Below, piece by piece: positions 10,074-19,099 of a stretch of DNA of 64,000 nucleotides (within the stretch, counting starts at the first letter, position 1; each line of letters starts with the position of its first letter). Source of the stretch: an uncultured Actinomycetota bacterium (GTDB lineage Bacteria; Actinomycetota; Actinomycetes; Propionibacteriales; Nocardioidaceae); assembly GCA_963713305.1 (NCBI GenBank), contig CAVQLE010000005.1, forward strand, positions 152,842 to 216,841. The letters are read 5' to 3'. A model generated the notes under the pieces. The model ran no database searches, was not told the DNA's origin, and saw nothing but the letters and a program-made list of their open reading frames with translations. The position numbers and the translations under genes were made by a program.

Positions 10074-10877
10074 TCACGCCGCGGCGGGCTCGCCGGTCAG
10101 CCTCGCACGCAACCGGCCCAACAGGGCCGAGAGCAGGCGCGACACCTGCATCTGGGTGACGCCGATCTCGGCCCCGATCTCCGCCTGCGTGGCGCCGCGG
10201 ACGAACCGCAGCTCGAGCATCCGCCGCTCGCGGTCGGTCAGGTCGGCCAGGAGCGGCTCCAGCACGACCCGGGCCTCGGCACGTGCGTAGCCGAGCTCCG
10301 GCGCGCCGAGCCGGTCCCACAGCGGTCGTCCCTCGTCGACATGGGTCTCGGCCGGAAGGTCGAGCGAGTTGGGCGTGAAACACCCGTTGGCGGCCAGCGC
10401 CTCCCTCACGGCCTCCGGCTCTGCACCGAGGGCGTCGGCGATCTCCTCCGGCCGCGGCAACCGGCGCAGCTCGTGCACCAGCTCGTCGTGCGTGGCGGTC
10501 ACCTTGCCCTGGAGCTCCTGGATCGACCGCGGCGGACGTACCATCCAGCCCGCGTCGCGGAACCACCGACGGAGCTCGCCCCGGATCGTGGGCACGGCGA
10601 AGCTCAGGAAGTCGGTGGCCTTCTCCGGGTCGTAGTTGCGCACCGCCTTGCAGAGTCCCACGTAGGCGACCTGCTCCAGGTCGTCCGCGTCCAGGCCGCG
10701 TCCGTGATAGCGGCGCGCGACCTCGCGGGCCACCACCATGTTGAGCCGGACCACGCGCTCCTCGATCGCGCGGCGATCAGCGGAGTGGGACAGCTGCGAG
10801 AGAAGCAGGTCGGTCTGTTCGATTCTGCTGGCACGGGAAAGCACATTTCCCGTGGCGCTGGCTCGCGGCTCTGCCAC
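10074..10877 (-). CDS. SigB/SigF-type RNA polymerase sigma factor
   Basis: DLEQVAYVGL, FLSFAVPTIRGELRRWFRD, region-4 TQAEIGAEIGVTQMQVSRL; GGAGG RBS. Confidence 0.95.
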   Translation of the reverse strand: MAEPRASATGNVLSRASRIEQTDLLLSQLSHSADRRAIEERVVRLNMVVAREVARRYHGRGLDADDLEQVAYVGLCKAVRNYDPEKATDFLSFAVPTIRGELRRWFRDAGWMVRPPRSIQELQGKVTATHDELVHELRRLPRPEEIADALGAEPEAVREALAANGCFTPNSLDLPAETHVDEGRPLWDRLGAPELGYARAEARVVLEPLLADLTDRERRMLELRFVRGATQAEIGAEIGVTQMQVSRLLSALLGRLRARLTGEPAAA

Positions 10878-11019
10878 GACCAACACCTCCTCCGAAAAGA
10901 TGCTCGCACGTGGCGATTTGCTTAGCCACTGCTCCCACCGAACCACCGGCGTTGCCCCGCAACAACCACCCAAAAGTAGGCATTGGCATGCGCTCGGCGG
11001 TGGCGGGTACGGCGACAGC

Positions 11020-11676
11020 ATGGAATCCCCTGCCGCGCCCCGCAGACCGGTCCGCGTCACTCTGGCTCACGAGTGTGAGCTGGTCAGCCACGGTTTCGCC
11101 GACATGCTCGCCCCGTACGCCGCCCGCGTGGCGGTCGTGGCCACCGGTCGCGACGGATCCCCCACCACCGACACCGACCTGACGCTGCATGACTCCTTCG
11201 CGGGGATGCACCTCACGCCCGGACCCGAGACATCCTTCGCGATTCCCCACTCCGGCCGGCTGGTGACCTACACCTGGAACCCCCGCCCCGACCTGGTCGA
11301 GTTCGCGCTCGCCAGCGGCGCCAGCGGCTGCTTGGCCAAGAGCTTGCCCGCCGCGAGCCTGGTGGCTGCGCTGGAGGCGATCAACCGGGGGCAGGTGGTG
11401 GTCGAGTACGGCATACCTGCCCGGACCTGGCACGGGTCCGGGCCCGACGCACTGACCCCCCGAGAGGCGGAGATCGTCGCCTTGATCACCCGCGGGCTCG
11501 ACAACTTCAGCATCGCCCGTGAGGCCTCGCTGAGCATCAACTCGGTGAAGTCCCACATCCGGGCCGCCTACCGGAAGATGGGTGTGAGCTCACGCTCCCA
11601 GGCGGTGCTGTGGGGAGTGCGCAACGGCTACCTGGACGAACCGCTCGGCGCCGAGCCCGCCGCCCTCACGGGCTGA
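11020..11676 (+). CDS. LuxR-family regulator with atypical receiver-like domain
   Basis: C-terminal LTPREAEIVALI...SINSVKSHIRAAYRKMGV HTH. N-terminal REC-like fold lacks the usual acidic pair. Confidence 0.88.
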   Translation: MESPAAPRRPVRVTLAHECELVSHGFADMLAPYAARVAVVATGRDGSPTTDTDLTLHDSFAGMHLTPGPETSFAIPHSGRLVTYTWNPRPDLVEFALASGASGCLAKSLPAASLVAALEAINRGQVVVEYGIPARTWHGSGPDALTPREAEIVALITRGLDNFSIAREASLSINSVKSHIRAAYRKMGVSSRSQAVLWGVRNGYLDEPLGAEPAALTG

Positions 11677-11685
11677 TCTCCCCGC

Positions 11686-12300
11686 CTAGGCGGAGCGCAC
11701 CAGCGCCGCGGCGAGGTGTGCCACCTCCCCGCGCGCAGACAGGGTTGCGAGCCGGTGCGGTTCCCTCGGCAGACCGAGACGGCCGGCTGCGTCGAGCGCT
11801 CGCCGATCGAAGTACGGCCGCACCTGCGGCCAGACGGCCTGCACCTCACGGCAGAAGATGCTTGCCCCCGTCGGCCCGAGCCGAGGGAAGCGGGTCAGCG
11901 CGTCCTCCAGCGTCGGCACCTCGTCGTGCGAGCTCGGGGCGATGCGCCGCAGGTCTCCGCCGTACTCCTCGATGAGGACCACGGCACTCTCTTCCAGCTT
12001 GGTCGAGGTGCTCTCGTCGTAGCGGCGATAGCCCCCGCGTACCAGTGCATCCACGCGCTCCTGCCAGGTGGCATCACGCATCCGCTCCGGAGTCCGAAGG
12101 CCGGCCGTGAACAGTTCGCGGGAGGCGTCAACGGCCGTCGAGGCCCGGATCCGGGTTGCGGACAGCGTGGCGAGCACCAGCAGCTGGAACAGCGGTGCCG
12201 GCTTGTCGCGCAGCGTGATTCCCGCTTGCTCGGCAAAGGTCGTGCCGTGATCTGCCAGCAGCCGTCGCACGATCGTGCGGTGCTCGTCGCGTGAGGTCAT
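11686..12300 (-). CDS. HhH-type endonuclease III-like protein (no Fe-S motif)
   Basis: PLFQLLVLATLS, GGYRRYDE, FPRLGPTGASIFCREVQ helix-hairpin-helix. Confidence 0.75.
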   Translation of the reverse strand: MTSRDEHRTIVRRLLADHGTTFAEQAGITLRDKPAPLFQLLVLATLSATRIRASTAVDASRELFTAGLRTPERMRDATWQERVDALVRGGYRRYDESTSTKLEESAVVLIEEYGGDLRRIAPSSHDEVPTLEDALTRFPRLGPTGASIFCREVQAVWPQVRPYFDRRALDAAGRLGLPREPHRLATLSARGEVAHLAAALVRSA

Positions 12301-12369
12301 CCTGACGACGTACCCGATCGTCCGCCCGCCACGCGAAGCTGAGTGCCGGCCAGCGCACCGGGCGGTGTC

Positions 12370-13110
12370 CTACGGCCAGGTCCGGGAACCGCTGTCCTCG
12401 TCCGAGGTGCTCTCGAAGGTGCCGTCGATCACGTGCTGGGCCAGCACCCGGAGCTTGAGGTTGCGGTTGTTGGAGTTGCGGACCAGGAAGGCGAAGGCCC
12501 GGTTGCGATCGATGCCGTAGCGCTCCATCAGGATGCCGACGGCGGTGCCGATGTCGGTCCGGGTGTGTAGCGCGTCGCTGAGCTGTCCGACCTGGCCCGC
12601 GTAGTCGAGCAGGGCGGCAGCGTGCGTGGCGAACAGCTCGGCCAGCATGACCGTGGAGCGGTCGAAGGCTCCCGCCTTCAGTGCGTACAGGTTCAGTCCG
12701 GCCCGTTGCCCGTTCTGGACGAGCTGGATCGCGGCCTGTGCTCGCACCCCGAGCTGAGCCGCCCGTTCCCCGTATCGTGCGAACTCGCGGGTGGCCGCGA
12801 CGTCGTTGACGAGCACGAACCGGTCATCCTGGACGGCTGCGAAGCAGGGGCCTTCGCGCAGCTCGTACTGGATCGCGTCCATCTGCTCAGCCAGGGGGTC
12901 GGTGGCCGCGACCGTCTGGAGGGCGTGGTCGGTGCCGTACAGGGTGACGCTGGCGAAGTCCACGCCCGGGATGTTGCTGACGGCCGAGGTCGTGAGGGAG
13001 CGGAGGGCTCCCTCGCGGACACGCTCCTTCTCGGACGACGAGGCGTCGGTGGTCACGTGTGCTCGATCCGGGACGTCGATGCCGCCACCGGCCTCGGTCG
13101 CCGGCATCAT
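12370..13110 (-). CDS. GAF-ANTAR domain protein
   Basis: GAF: QYELREGPC, GLNLYA. ANTAR: RTDIGTAVGILMERYG...AFAFLVRNSNNRNLKLRVLA. Start uncertain. Confidence 0.88.
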   Translation of the reverse strand: MMPATEAGGGIDVPDRAHVTTDASSSEKERVREGALRSLTTSAVSNIPGVDFASVTLYGTDHALQTVAATDPLAEQMDAIQYELREGPCFAAVQDDRFVLVNDVAATREFARYGERAAQLGVRAQAAIQLVQNGQRAGLNLYALKAGAFDRSTVMLAELFATHAAALLDYAGQVGQLSDALHTRTDIGTAVGILMERYGIDRNRAFAFLVRNSNNRNLKLRVLAQHVIDGTFESTSDEDSGSRTWP

Positions 13111-13387
13111 GCTGCGGGAGCACGTCTGTGGTTGTGAGCGCCTGGCCGTTGCTTGGCCACGCGCCGGCCAGTCTACGCCCCCCGTAGTCCGGCGGCCGGG
13201 TCCCGGTCGGCGGCGGCACCGGCGCCGTCCGCTCGACGCCGGCGCCTCGACCCGCAACCGATCCGCGGATCCGTCGTGGCCGTCACCCGTCCGTACCCGA
13301 CCTGGCCGAACGCACTCCTCTGGGGCTGTGGGCGCACACGACGGCGCAGAGCGCATGGAGGGTTGGCGGGCTGGGAACGGGTGGTGC

Positions 13388-14335
13388 ATGAAGATCGGAT
13401 ACTTCCTGTCGACCGAGGAGTACGCGCCGCAGGAGCTGGTCGACCAGGCTGTCGCCGCCGAGCGCGCCGGCTTCGAGGCGCTCTGGATCAGCGACCACTT
13501 CCACCCGTGGAACGACGAGCAGGGGCAGAGCCCCTTCGTGTGGAGCGTGATCGGTGCGTTGTCACAGGTGTGCCGGCTTCCGGTCACGACCGCAGTCACC
13601 TGCCCCACCGTGCGCACCCACCCCGCGATCATCGCCCAGGCCGCCGCCACCTCGGCGCGGATGCTGCCGGGCGGTTTCACGCTGGGCGTCGGGACCGGCG
13701 AAGCCCTCAACGAGCACGTCCTCGGCGACGCCTGGCCTTCCCTCGACGTACGCCTCGAGATGCTGGAAGAGGCGGTCGGCTTGATCCGCGAGCTCTGGGA
13801 GGGCGGCTTCGTCACGACGCGCGGTCGGCACTACCAGGTGGACCATGCCCGGATCTACACGCTTCCCGAGGCGCCGCCACAGGTGTACATGTCCGGTTTC
13901 GGGCCCAAGGCCACCGATGTCGCCGCCAGGATCGCCGACGGGTACATCTCGACCACCCCCGATCGCGACCTGCTGCAGCGTTTCCGGGACGGGTCGGGCG
14001 GCAAGCCCGCCCAGGCGGGGACCAAGGTGGCGTGGGCACCGACACCTGAGGAGGGCTGGGGTCACGCCCACCGGCTGTGGGCCAACGCCGGCGTGCCGGG
14101 AGAGCTCGCGCAGGTGCTGCCTTCGCCGCGTCACTTCGAGCAGGTGTCGACCTTGGTCACGGAGGAGTCCACGCGCGAGAGCGTGCCGGCTGGTCCGGAC
14201 CCGGCCGTGCACGTCGCGGCGATCCAGGAGTATGTGGACGCGGGGTTCGACGAGGTCTACGTCGCCAACATGGGCCCCCACTGGCGCGAGATGATCGAGG
14301 GCTACGGTCGAGACGTACTGCCGACGTTCGCCTGA
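13388..14335 (+). CDS. F420-dependent LLM-class oxidoreductase (G6PDH-like)
   Basis: MKIGYFLSTEE, WISDHFHPW, VTCPT, GVGTGEALNEH. Confidence 0.92.
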   Translation: MKIGYFLSTEEYAPQELVDQAVAAERAGFEALWISDHFHPWNDEQGQSPFVWSVIGALSQVCRLPVTTAVTCPTVRTHPAIIAQAAATSARMLPGGFTLGVGTGEALNEHVLGDAWPSLDVRLEMLEEAVGLIRELWEGGFVTTRGRHYQVDHARIYTLPEAPPQVYMSGFGPKATDVAARIADGYISTTPDRDLLQRFRDGSGGKPAQAGTKVAWAPTPEEGWGHAHRLWANAGVPGELAQVLPSPRHFEQVSTLVTEESTRESVPAGPDPAVHVAAIQEYVDAGFDEVYVANMGPHWREMIEGYGRDVLPTFA

Positions 14336-14383
14336 GCGCATGTCCATGATCGCGACGATGACCACATCACGAGAGGAGACGCG

Positions 14384-14545
14384 ATGAGCCACCAGGGATC
14401 CGATCACGAGTCCGACCCGAGCCTCGACGACGGTGAGGCCGTCGACTGGACGAGCGAGGGCGGAGCGACCCCGGCAGGCCCGGCTACGGATCCGGAGGAC
14501 GGGTCGTCCGACGAGGATGGGGACGAGGTCCAGGAGGCCGAATGA
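14384..14545 (+). CDS. Small acidic hypothetical protein (53 aa)
   Basis: GAGGAG RBS; MSHQGSDHE...DWTSEGGATPAGPATD...; stop overlaps the next ATG (ATGA). Not in the ORF track. Confidence 0.65.
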   Translation: MSHQGSDHESDPSLDDGEAVDWTSEGGATPAGPATDPEDGSSDEDGDEVQEAE

Positions 14546-15021
14546 GCGACGACCTCCACGTGCACCTGCAGAACCACTGGACCGCAGCAACCGCAGGAGT
14601 CGACTTCGCACGCCGGGTCGCGCGCAGCCACGAGGGCACAGCCGTGGGCATCGCGCTGGCGGAGGTGGCCGACGAGGTGGCCGACGACCGCGAGTCGCTT
14701 CGGCAGATCATGGAGCAGCTCGGCCTGCGTCCTGCCCGGCTCGCGCCTCTCGCGGCCCGGGTCGTGGAGCGACTGGGAAGGCTCAAGCCGAACGGTCACC
14801 TCATCCGCCGGTCACCGGTCTCCGACGTGCTCGAGCTCGAGGCGCTGCGCGGCGCAGTGACCACCAAGGGAGCAGGGTGGGACACCCTCGTCGTCCTCGC
14901 CGAGACCGACGACCGGTTGCCCCGCGAGTGGCTGTCGCAGCTCGCTGAGCGTGCCCGCGAGCAGGCCGCGTCACTGACCGCGATCCAGCGCGACGTGGCC
15001 GCTGCCTCCAGCCGCCAGTGA
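14542..15021 (+). CDS. Hypothetical all-helical protein (possible ferritin-like fold)
   Basis: LQNHWTAATAG...EVADDRESL...RLKPNG...LELEAL..V..K..GW pattern. Confidence 0.75.
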   Translation: MSDDLHVHLQNHWTAATAGVDFARRVARSHEGTAVGIALAEVADEVADDRESLRQIMEQLGLRPARLAPLAARVVERLGRLKPNGHLIRRSPVSDVLELEALRGAVTTKGAGWDTLVVLAETDDRLPREWLSQLAERAREQAASLTAIQRDVAAASSRQ

Positions 15022-15137
15022 CGCCGCCGGCGGGTCGATTCACCCCTTCGGGGTCGTTTGCACCACAACCCGACGGGCACGGGTCGTACGTCCTCGCGAC
15101 CATCAGCGAGACGTGAGTCAACCCGAAAGGAGTCACC

Positions 15138-15980
15138 GTGGACATCGGTGACAGCGTCCAGAACGCCATCGACAAGATCTTCGACTTCCTGCCCAACCTG
15201 TTGGGCTTCCTGATCATCCTGCTGATCGGCTACATCATCGCCAAGGTCGTTTCGGGCGTGATCCACAAGCTGCTGGAGAAGGTCCATGTCGACCGGAAGC
15301 TCAGTGAGAGCTCCGCGAACAAGTACGTCGACGCCGTACTGCCCGGCGCCTCGCCGAGCAGAGGCATCGCCACGGTCGTCTTCTGGCTGATCTTCATCTT
15401 CTTCATCACCGTCGCGATCGGCGCGCTGGGCATTCCCGCCGCCACCGGATTCATGAATGACGTGCTGACCTACCTGCCCAACGTGATCGTCGCGATCCTG
15501 ATCTTCGTGGTCGCCGCGCTGATCTCCGGTGCCGTGGCCGCCACCGTGACCCGATTCATGGGCGACACCCCCACCGGCAAGGTGGCCGCAAGTGTCGTGC
15601 CCGCCGTGATCATGGTGATCGCGTTCTTCATGATCCTCGAGCAGCTGCAGATCGCTCCCGAGATCGTGCGCATTGCGTTCACGGCGATCATGTTCGCCCT
15701 CGCCCTCGGGCTGGCGCTTGCCTTCGGACTGGGTGGTCGCGACCTGGCCGCCGATGCTCTCCGGCAGGCGCGCGACAAGGGCTCGGACGCGATGAGCCGG
15801 GCCAAGCAGGACGCGCAGGTCGGCAAGGAGCGCGCTCAGGGCGAGTTCGAGGAACGTCGCCCCGACACCGCTGGAGCGACGAGCGGCTCGACGTCGCCGG
15901 GGAGCGCCTACGACCCGCAGGCGACCCAGGCCATGCAGCCCCCGCCCCCGCCGCTGGGCGGCAGCGCCACCCCGCGCTGA
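15138..15980 (+). CDS. TM-helix-repeat membrane protein (CmpX/MscS-associated type)
   Basis: Repeated FLPNL/YLPNV TM units; LALAFGLGGR motif; AAGGAG RBS. Confidence 0.85.
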   Translation: MDIGDSVQNAIDKIFDFLPNLLGFLIILLIGYIIAKVVSGVIHKLLEKVHVDRKLSESSANKYVDAVLPGASPSRGIATVVFWLIFIFFITVAIGALGIPAATGFMNDVLTYLPNVIVAILIFVVAALISGAVAATVTRFMGDTPTGKVAASVVPAVIMVIAFFMILEQLQIAPEIVRIAFTAIMFALALGLALAFGLGGRDLAADALRQARDKGSDAMSRAKQDAQVGKERAQGEFEERRPDTAGATSGSTSPGSAYDPQATQAMQPPPPPLGGSATPR

Positions 15981-15991
15981 CCCTGGGCCGC

Positions 15992-16031
15992 GCGGGAACC
16001 GCCCCGTCTCGAGGGCCGGGGCGGTTCCCGC
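15992..16031 (+). terminator. 15-bp stem hairpin downstream of the CmpX-like gene
   Basis: GCGGGAACCGCCCCG ... CGGGGCGGTTCCCGC; no U-tract. Confidence 0.55.
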
Positions 16032-16070
16032 CGCCATCCACGCACGCGAGCCCCGACCCCGGGAGGACTC

Positions 16071-17141
16071 ATGGCCGGAAGGCAGGGCGAGGCCGAGCAC
16101 CGAGCCGCCGCCAAACCCGAGTCGCCCGAAGACCTGACCAAGCAGTCGTGGCTCTACGTCGTGCGCAAGACCGTCCGGGAGTTCTCCGACGACCAGTGCA
16201 CCGACCTCGCTGCCGCCCTGACGTACTACTCGGTGCTGGCGCTGTTCCCCGCCGCGATCGCGCTGCTGTCCCTGGTCGGCCTGGTCGGTCAGGGCCCCAG
16301 CACCGTCGAGACGCTGCTGCAGATCCTCCGCGACGTCGGGGCGTCCAGCGCCGCCGACACCCTCGAACCCACCCTCACCCAGCTCAGCGGCAGCTCACAT
16401 GCCGGCCTTGCCCTCATCCTGGGTGTCGCCGTGGCCCTCTGGTCCGCCTCGGGCTACGTCAGCGCGTTCGGCCGCGGGATGAACCGGATCTACGAGGTCG
16501 ACGAGGGCCGCCCGATCTGGAAGCTCCGGCCCGCGATGCTCCTGGTCACGCTCATCACCGTCGTCCTGACTGCTGTTGTCGCACTGGCCCTGGTGCTGAC
16601 CGGCCCCGCAGCGCAAGCGGTCGGGGACGCCCTCGGCGTCGGCTCGACGGTCGTCACCGTCTGGAACATCGCCAAGTGGCCGGTCATGCTGGCCGTGGTC
16701 ATCCTCATCGTGGCGCTGCTGTACTACGCCACACCCAACGTCAAGCAGCCCACGTTCCGCTGGATCAGCGTGGGCGCTGTCCTGGCGATCGTGATCTGGG
16801 TGGCGGCGTCGGCCGCGTTCGGGTTCTACGTCGCGAACTTCGCCAGCTACAACGAGACCTATGGGTCACTGGCCGGCGTGGTGGTGTTCCTGCTGTGGCT
16901 GTGGATCACCAACCTGGCCCTGCTGTTCGGCGCCGAGCTCGACGCCGAGCTCGAGCGAGGCCGCGAGCTTCAGGCCGGAATGCCCGCCGAGGAAGTGATC
17001 CAGCTGCCTGCCCGCGACACGCGCAAGAGTGACAAGGCCGCCGCGAAGGAGCGCGCGGACATCGCACGTGCCCGCCGACTCCGGGCCACCCACGGGCAGG
17101 AGCAGGACCCCGGTCAGGACGCGGCCTCCGACGACGACTGA
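16071..17141 (+). CDS. YihY/BrkB family inner membrane protein
   Basis: AAALTYYSVLALFP, LWSASGY, YNETYGSLAG, LFGAELDAE. Confidence 0.92.
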   Translation: MAGRQGEAEHRAAAKPESPEDLTKQSWLYVVRKTVREFSDDQCTDLAAALTYYSVLALFPAAIALLSLVGLVGQGPSTVETLLQILRDVGASSAADTLEPTLTQLSGSSHAGLALILGVAVALWSASGYVSAFGRGMNRIYEVDEGRPIWKLRPAMLLVTLITVVLTAVVALALVLTGPAAQAVGDALGVGSTVVTVWNIAKWPVMLAVVILIVALLYYATPNVKQPTFRWISVGAVLAIVIWVAASAAFGFYVANFASYNETYGSLAGVVVFLLWLWITNLALLFGAELDAELERGRELQAGMPAEEVIQLPARDTRKSDKAAAKERADIARARRLRATHGQEQDPGQDAASDDD

Positions 17142-17186
17142 ATGCGTGGACCACCGGGCAGCCTCCAGCAGGCCCGCCGCGTCAGG

Positions 17187-18359
17187 TCAGATGTGCGACT
17201 GCACGCCGGCGAGGAGCTGGCGGGCCATCACGATCCGCTGTACCTGGTTGGTGCCCTCGTAGATCTGGGTGATCTTGGCGTCGCGCATCATCCGCTCGAC
17301 GGGGTAGTCGCGGGTGTAGCCGTAGCCGCCGAGGATCTGTACGGCATCAGTGGTGACCTCCATCGCGACGTCGGAGGCGAAGCACTTGGCGGCGGCTCCG
17401 AAGAAGGTGAGGTCGGCGTCGCCACGCTCGGAGCGCCCGGCGGCGGCGTACGTGATCTGGCGGGCGGCCTCCACCTTCATGCCCATGTCGGCGAGCATGA
17501 ACTGGAGGCCCTGGAACTCCGCGATCGACTGGCCGAACTGCTGACGCTCCCGGGCGTAGCCGAGCGCGTAGTCGAGCGCGCCCTGGGCGACACCGACGGC
17601 CTGGGCGGCAATCGTCACGCGGGTGTGGTCGAGGGTGCGCATCGCGATCGAGAAGCCCTCGCCCTCCTCGCCGATCATCCGCTCCGTCGGGATCCGGACC
17701 TTGTCGAGGTAGACCTCCCTGGTGGGGCTGCCCTTGATGCCGAGCTTCTTCTCGGGCGCCCCGAAGGAGACGCCCTCGTCGGACTTCTCGACCACGAACG
17801 CCGTGATGCCGCCCCGCGTCTGCTTCTCCGGATCGGTCACAGCCAGCACCGTGTAGAACTCCGACTCCTCGGCGTTGGTGATCCACCGCTTCACGCCGTT
17901 GAGCACCCAGTCGTCACCGTCTCGTTCGGCGCGCGTCTTCATCGCGCCCGCGTCCGAGCCGGCGTCGGGCTCCGACAGGCAGTAGCTGAAGCCGCCCTCC
18001 CCCGCCGCCAGCCGGGTCAGGTACTTCTTCTTGAGCTCCTCCGAGCCCGCGATCTGCACCGGGAGCGAACCCAGCTTGTTGACCGCCGGGATCAGGCTCG
18101 AGCTCACGCAGGCGCGAGCGATCTCCTCGATGACCAGGGCGGTCGCAAGAGCGTCGGCCCCGGCGCCGCCGTACTCCTCGGGGACGTGAGGGGCGTGGAA
18201 GTCGGCCGCCCGCAGCGCCTCGGCCGCCTCGCGCGGGTAGCGGGCTTCCTCGTCGACGGCGGCGGCGTACGGCGCGACCTTGGCGTCGCACACGGCACGG
18301 ACGGCCTCGCGGATGGCCCGGTGCTCCTCAGACAGCGCAAACATCGGGGAGTCGGTCAT
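17187..18359 (-). CDS. Acyl-CoA dehydrogenase
   Basis: [38 protein letters not shown]. Confidence 0.96.
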   Translation of the reverse strand: MTDSPMFALSEEHRAIREAVRAVCDAKVAPYAAAVDEEARYPREAAEALRAADFHAPHVPEEYGGAGADALATALVIEEIARACVSSSLIPAVNKLGSLPVQIAGSEELKKKYLTRLAAGEGGFSYCLSEPDAGSDAGAMKTRAERDGDDWVLNGVKRWITNAEESEFYTVLAVTDPEKQTRGGITAFVVEKSDEGVSFGAPEKKLGIKGSPTREVYLDKVRIPTERMIGEEGEGFSIAMRTLDHTRVTIAAQAVGVAQGALDYALGYARERQQFGQSIAEFQGLQFMLADMGMKVEAARQITYAAAGRSERGDADLTFFGAAAKCFASDVAMEVTTDAVQILGGYGYTRDYPVERMMRDAKITQIYEGTNQVQRIVMARQLLAGVQSHI

Positions 18360-18381
18360 GCTCTCCAGCCTAATGAGCGGT

Positions 18382-18978
18382 CTACGTCCGGCCGGACCCC
18401 GGCTCCTCGCCCGGTGCGAGCACCGACCGGTCTCCCGCGACGGGTCCGTCGAGGCGGTCGAACCAGATGCCGCGGGCAGGCGTGCCCCGGATCGTGAGCA
18501 GCACCGGGTCACGGGTGTCGAGCGCGGCCCACACCGTCCACACCAGCTGCTGCATGGCCAGGTGACCGTCGATCGGTTCCATGTCGTACGCCGGGTAGGG
18601 GTCCCAGACCGCCCGGTCGAGGTCGACGACGACCACGTCCTTGCGGTGGGCCACCGACCGAAGCTCGGCGATCGGCTCGTCGGTGATCAGCTGCCAACCG
18701 TTGCGGACGTCGACCTCGTCGTCCGGCTGCCACGCGATCAGGGCACTCACCGCGTCCTCCGCACGGTGCTCGTCCGTCTCGCCGGAGGACCGCATGCGTA
18801 CCGGTTCGCCACGCAGCACCGCGTCGGCGTCTCGATCGCCGTGCACGACGAACACGTCCGCGGTGTGGGTCGCCGGCATCGTGCAGGCGCACGTGTCGGA
18901 CTCTCCCTGGCAGCCCGCCAGCGCCGTCAGTGCGCTCAGAACGGCGACGGGGAGCAGGGCGAGCGGGCGGAAGTGCAT
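18382..18978 (-). CDS. Lipoprotein with GerMN-like domain
   Basis: Lipobox LAGC; VVVDL...[10 protein letters not shown]...PVLLTIRG pattern. Confidence 0.7.
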   Translation of the reverse strand: MHFRPLALLPVAVLSALTALAGCQGESDTCACTMPATHTADVFVVHGDRDADAVLRGEPVRMRSSGETDEHRAEDAVSALIAWQPDDEVDVRNGWQLITDEPIAELRSVAHRKDVVVVDLDRAVWDPYPAYDMEPIDGHLAMQQLVWTVWAALDTRDPVLLTIRGTPARGIWFDRLDGPVAGDRSVLAPGEEPGSGRT

Positions 18979-19034
18979 GGGTCTGGGACGCCCGCGCTGC
19001 CTCGGGGTTCCCGGCCGGGCAACGGAACCGCATG

Positions 19035-19074
19035 CGACCGGCCGACACCCCTCACGCGGAGTGCCGGCCGGTCG
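19035..19074 (-). terminator. Hairpin downstream of the Ig-like protein gene
   Basis: CGACCGGCCG...CGGCCGGTCG inverted repeat. Confidence 0.5.
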
Positions 19075-19099
19075 ACTTGTGGTGCGGTTCAGCGTGGGG

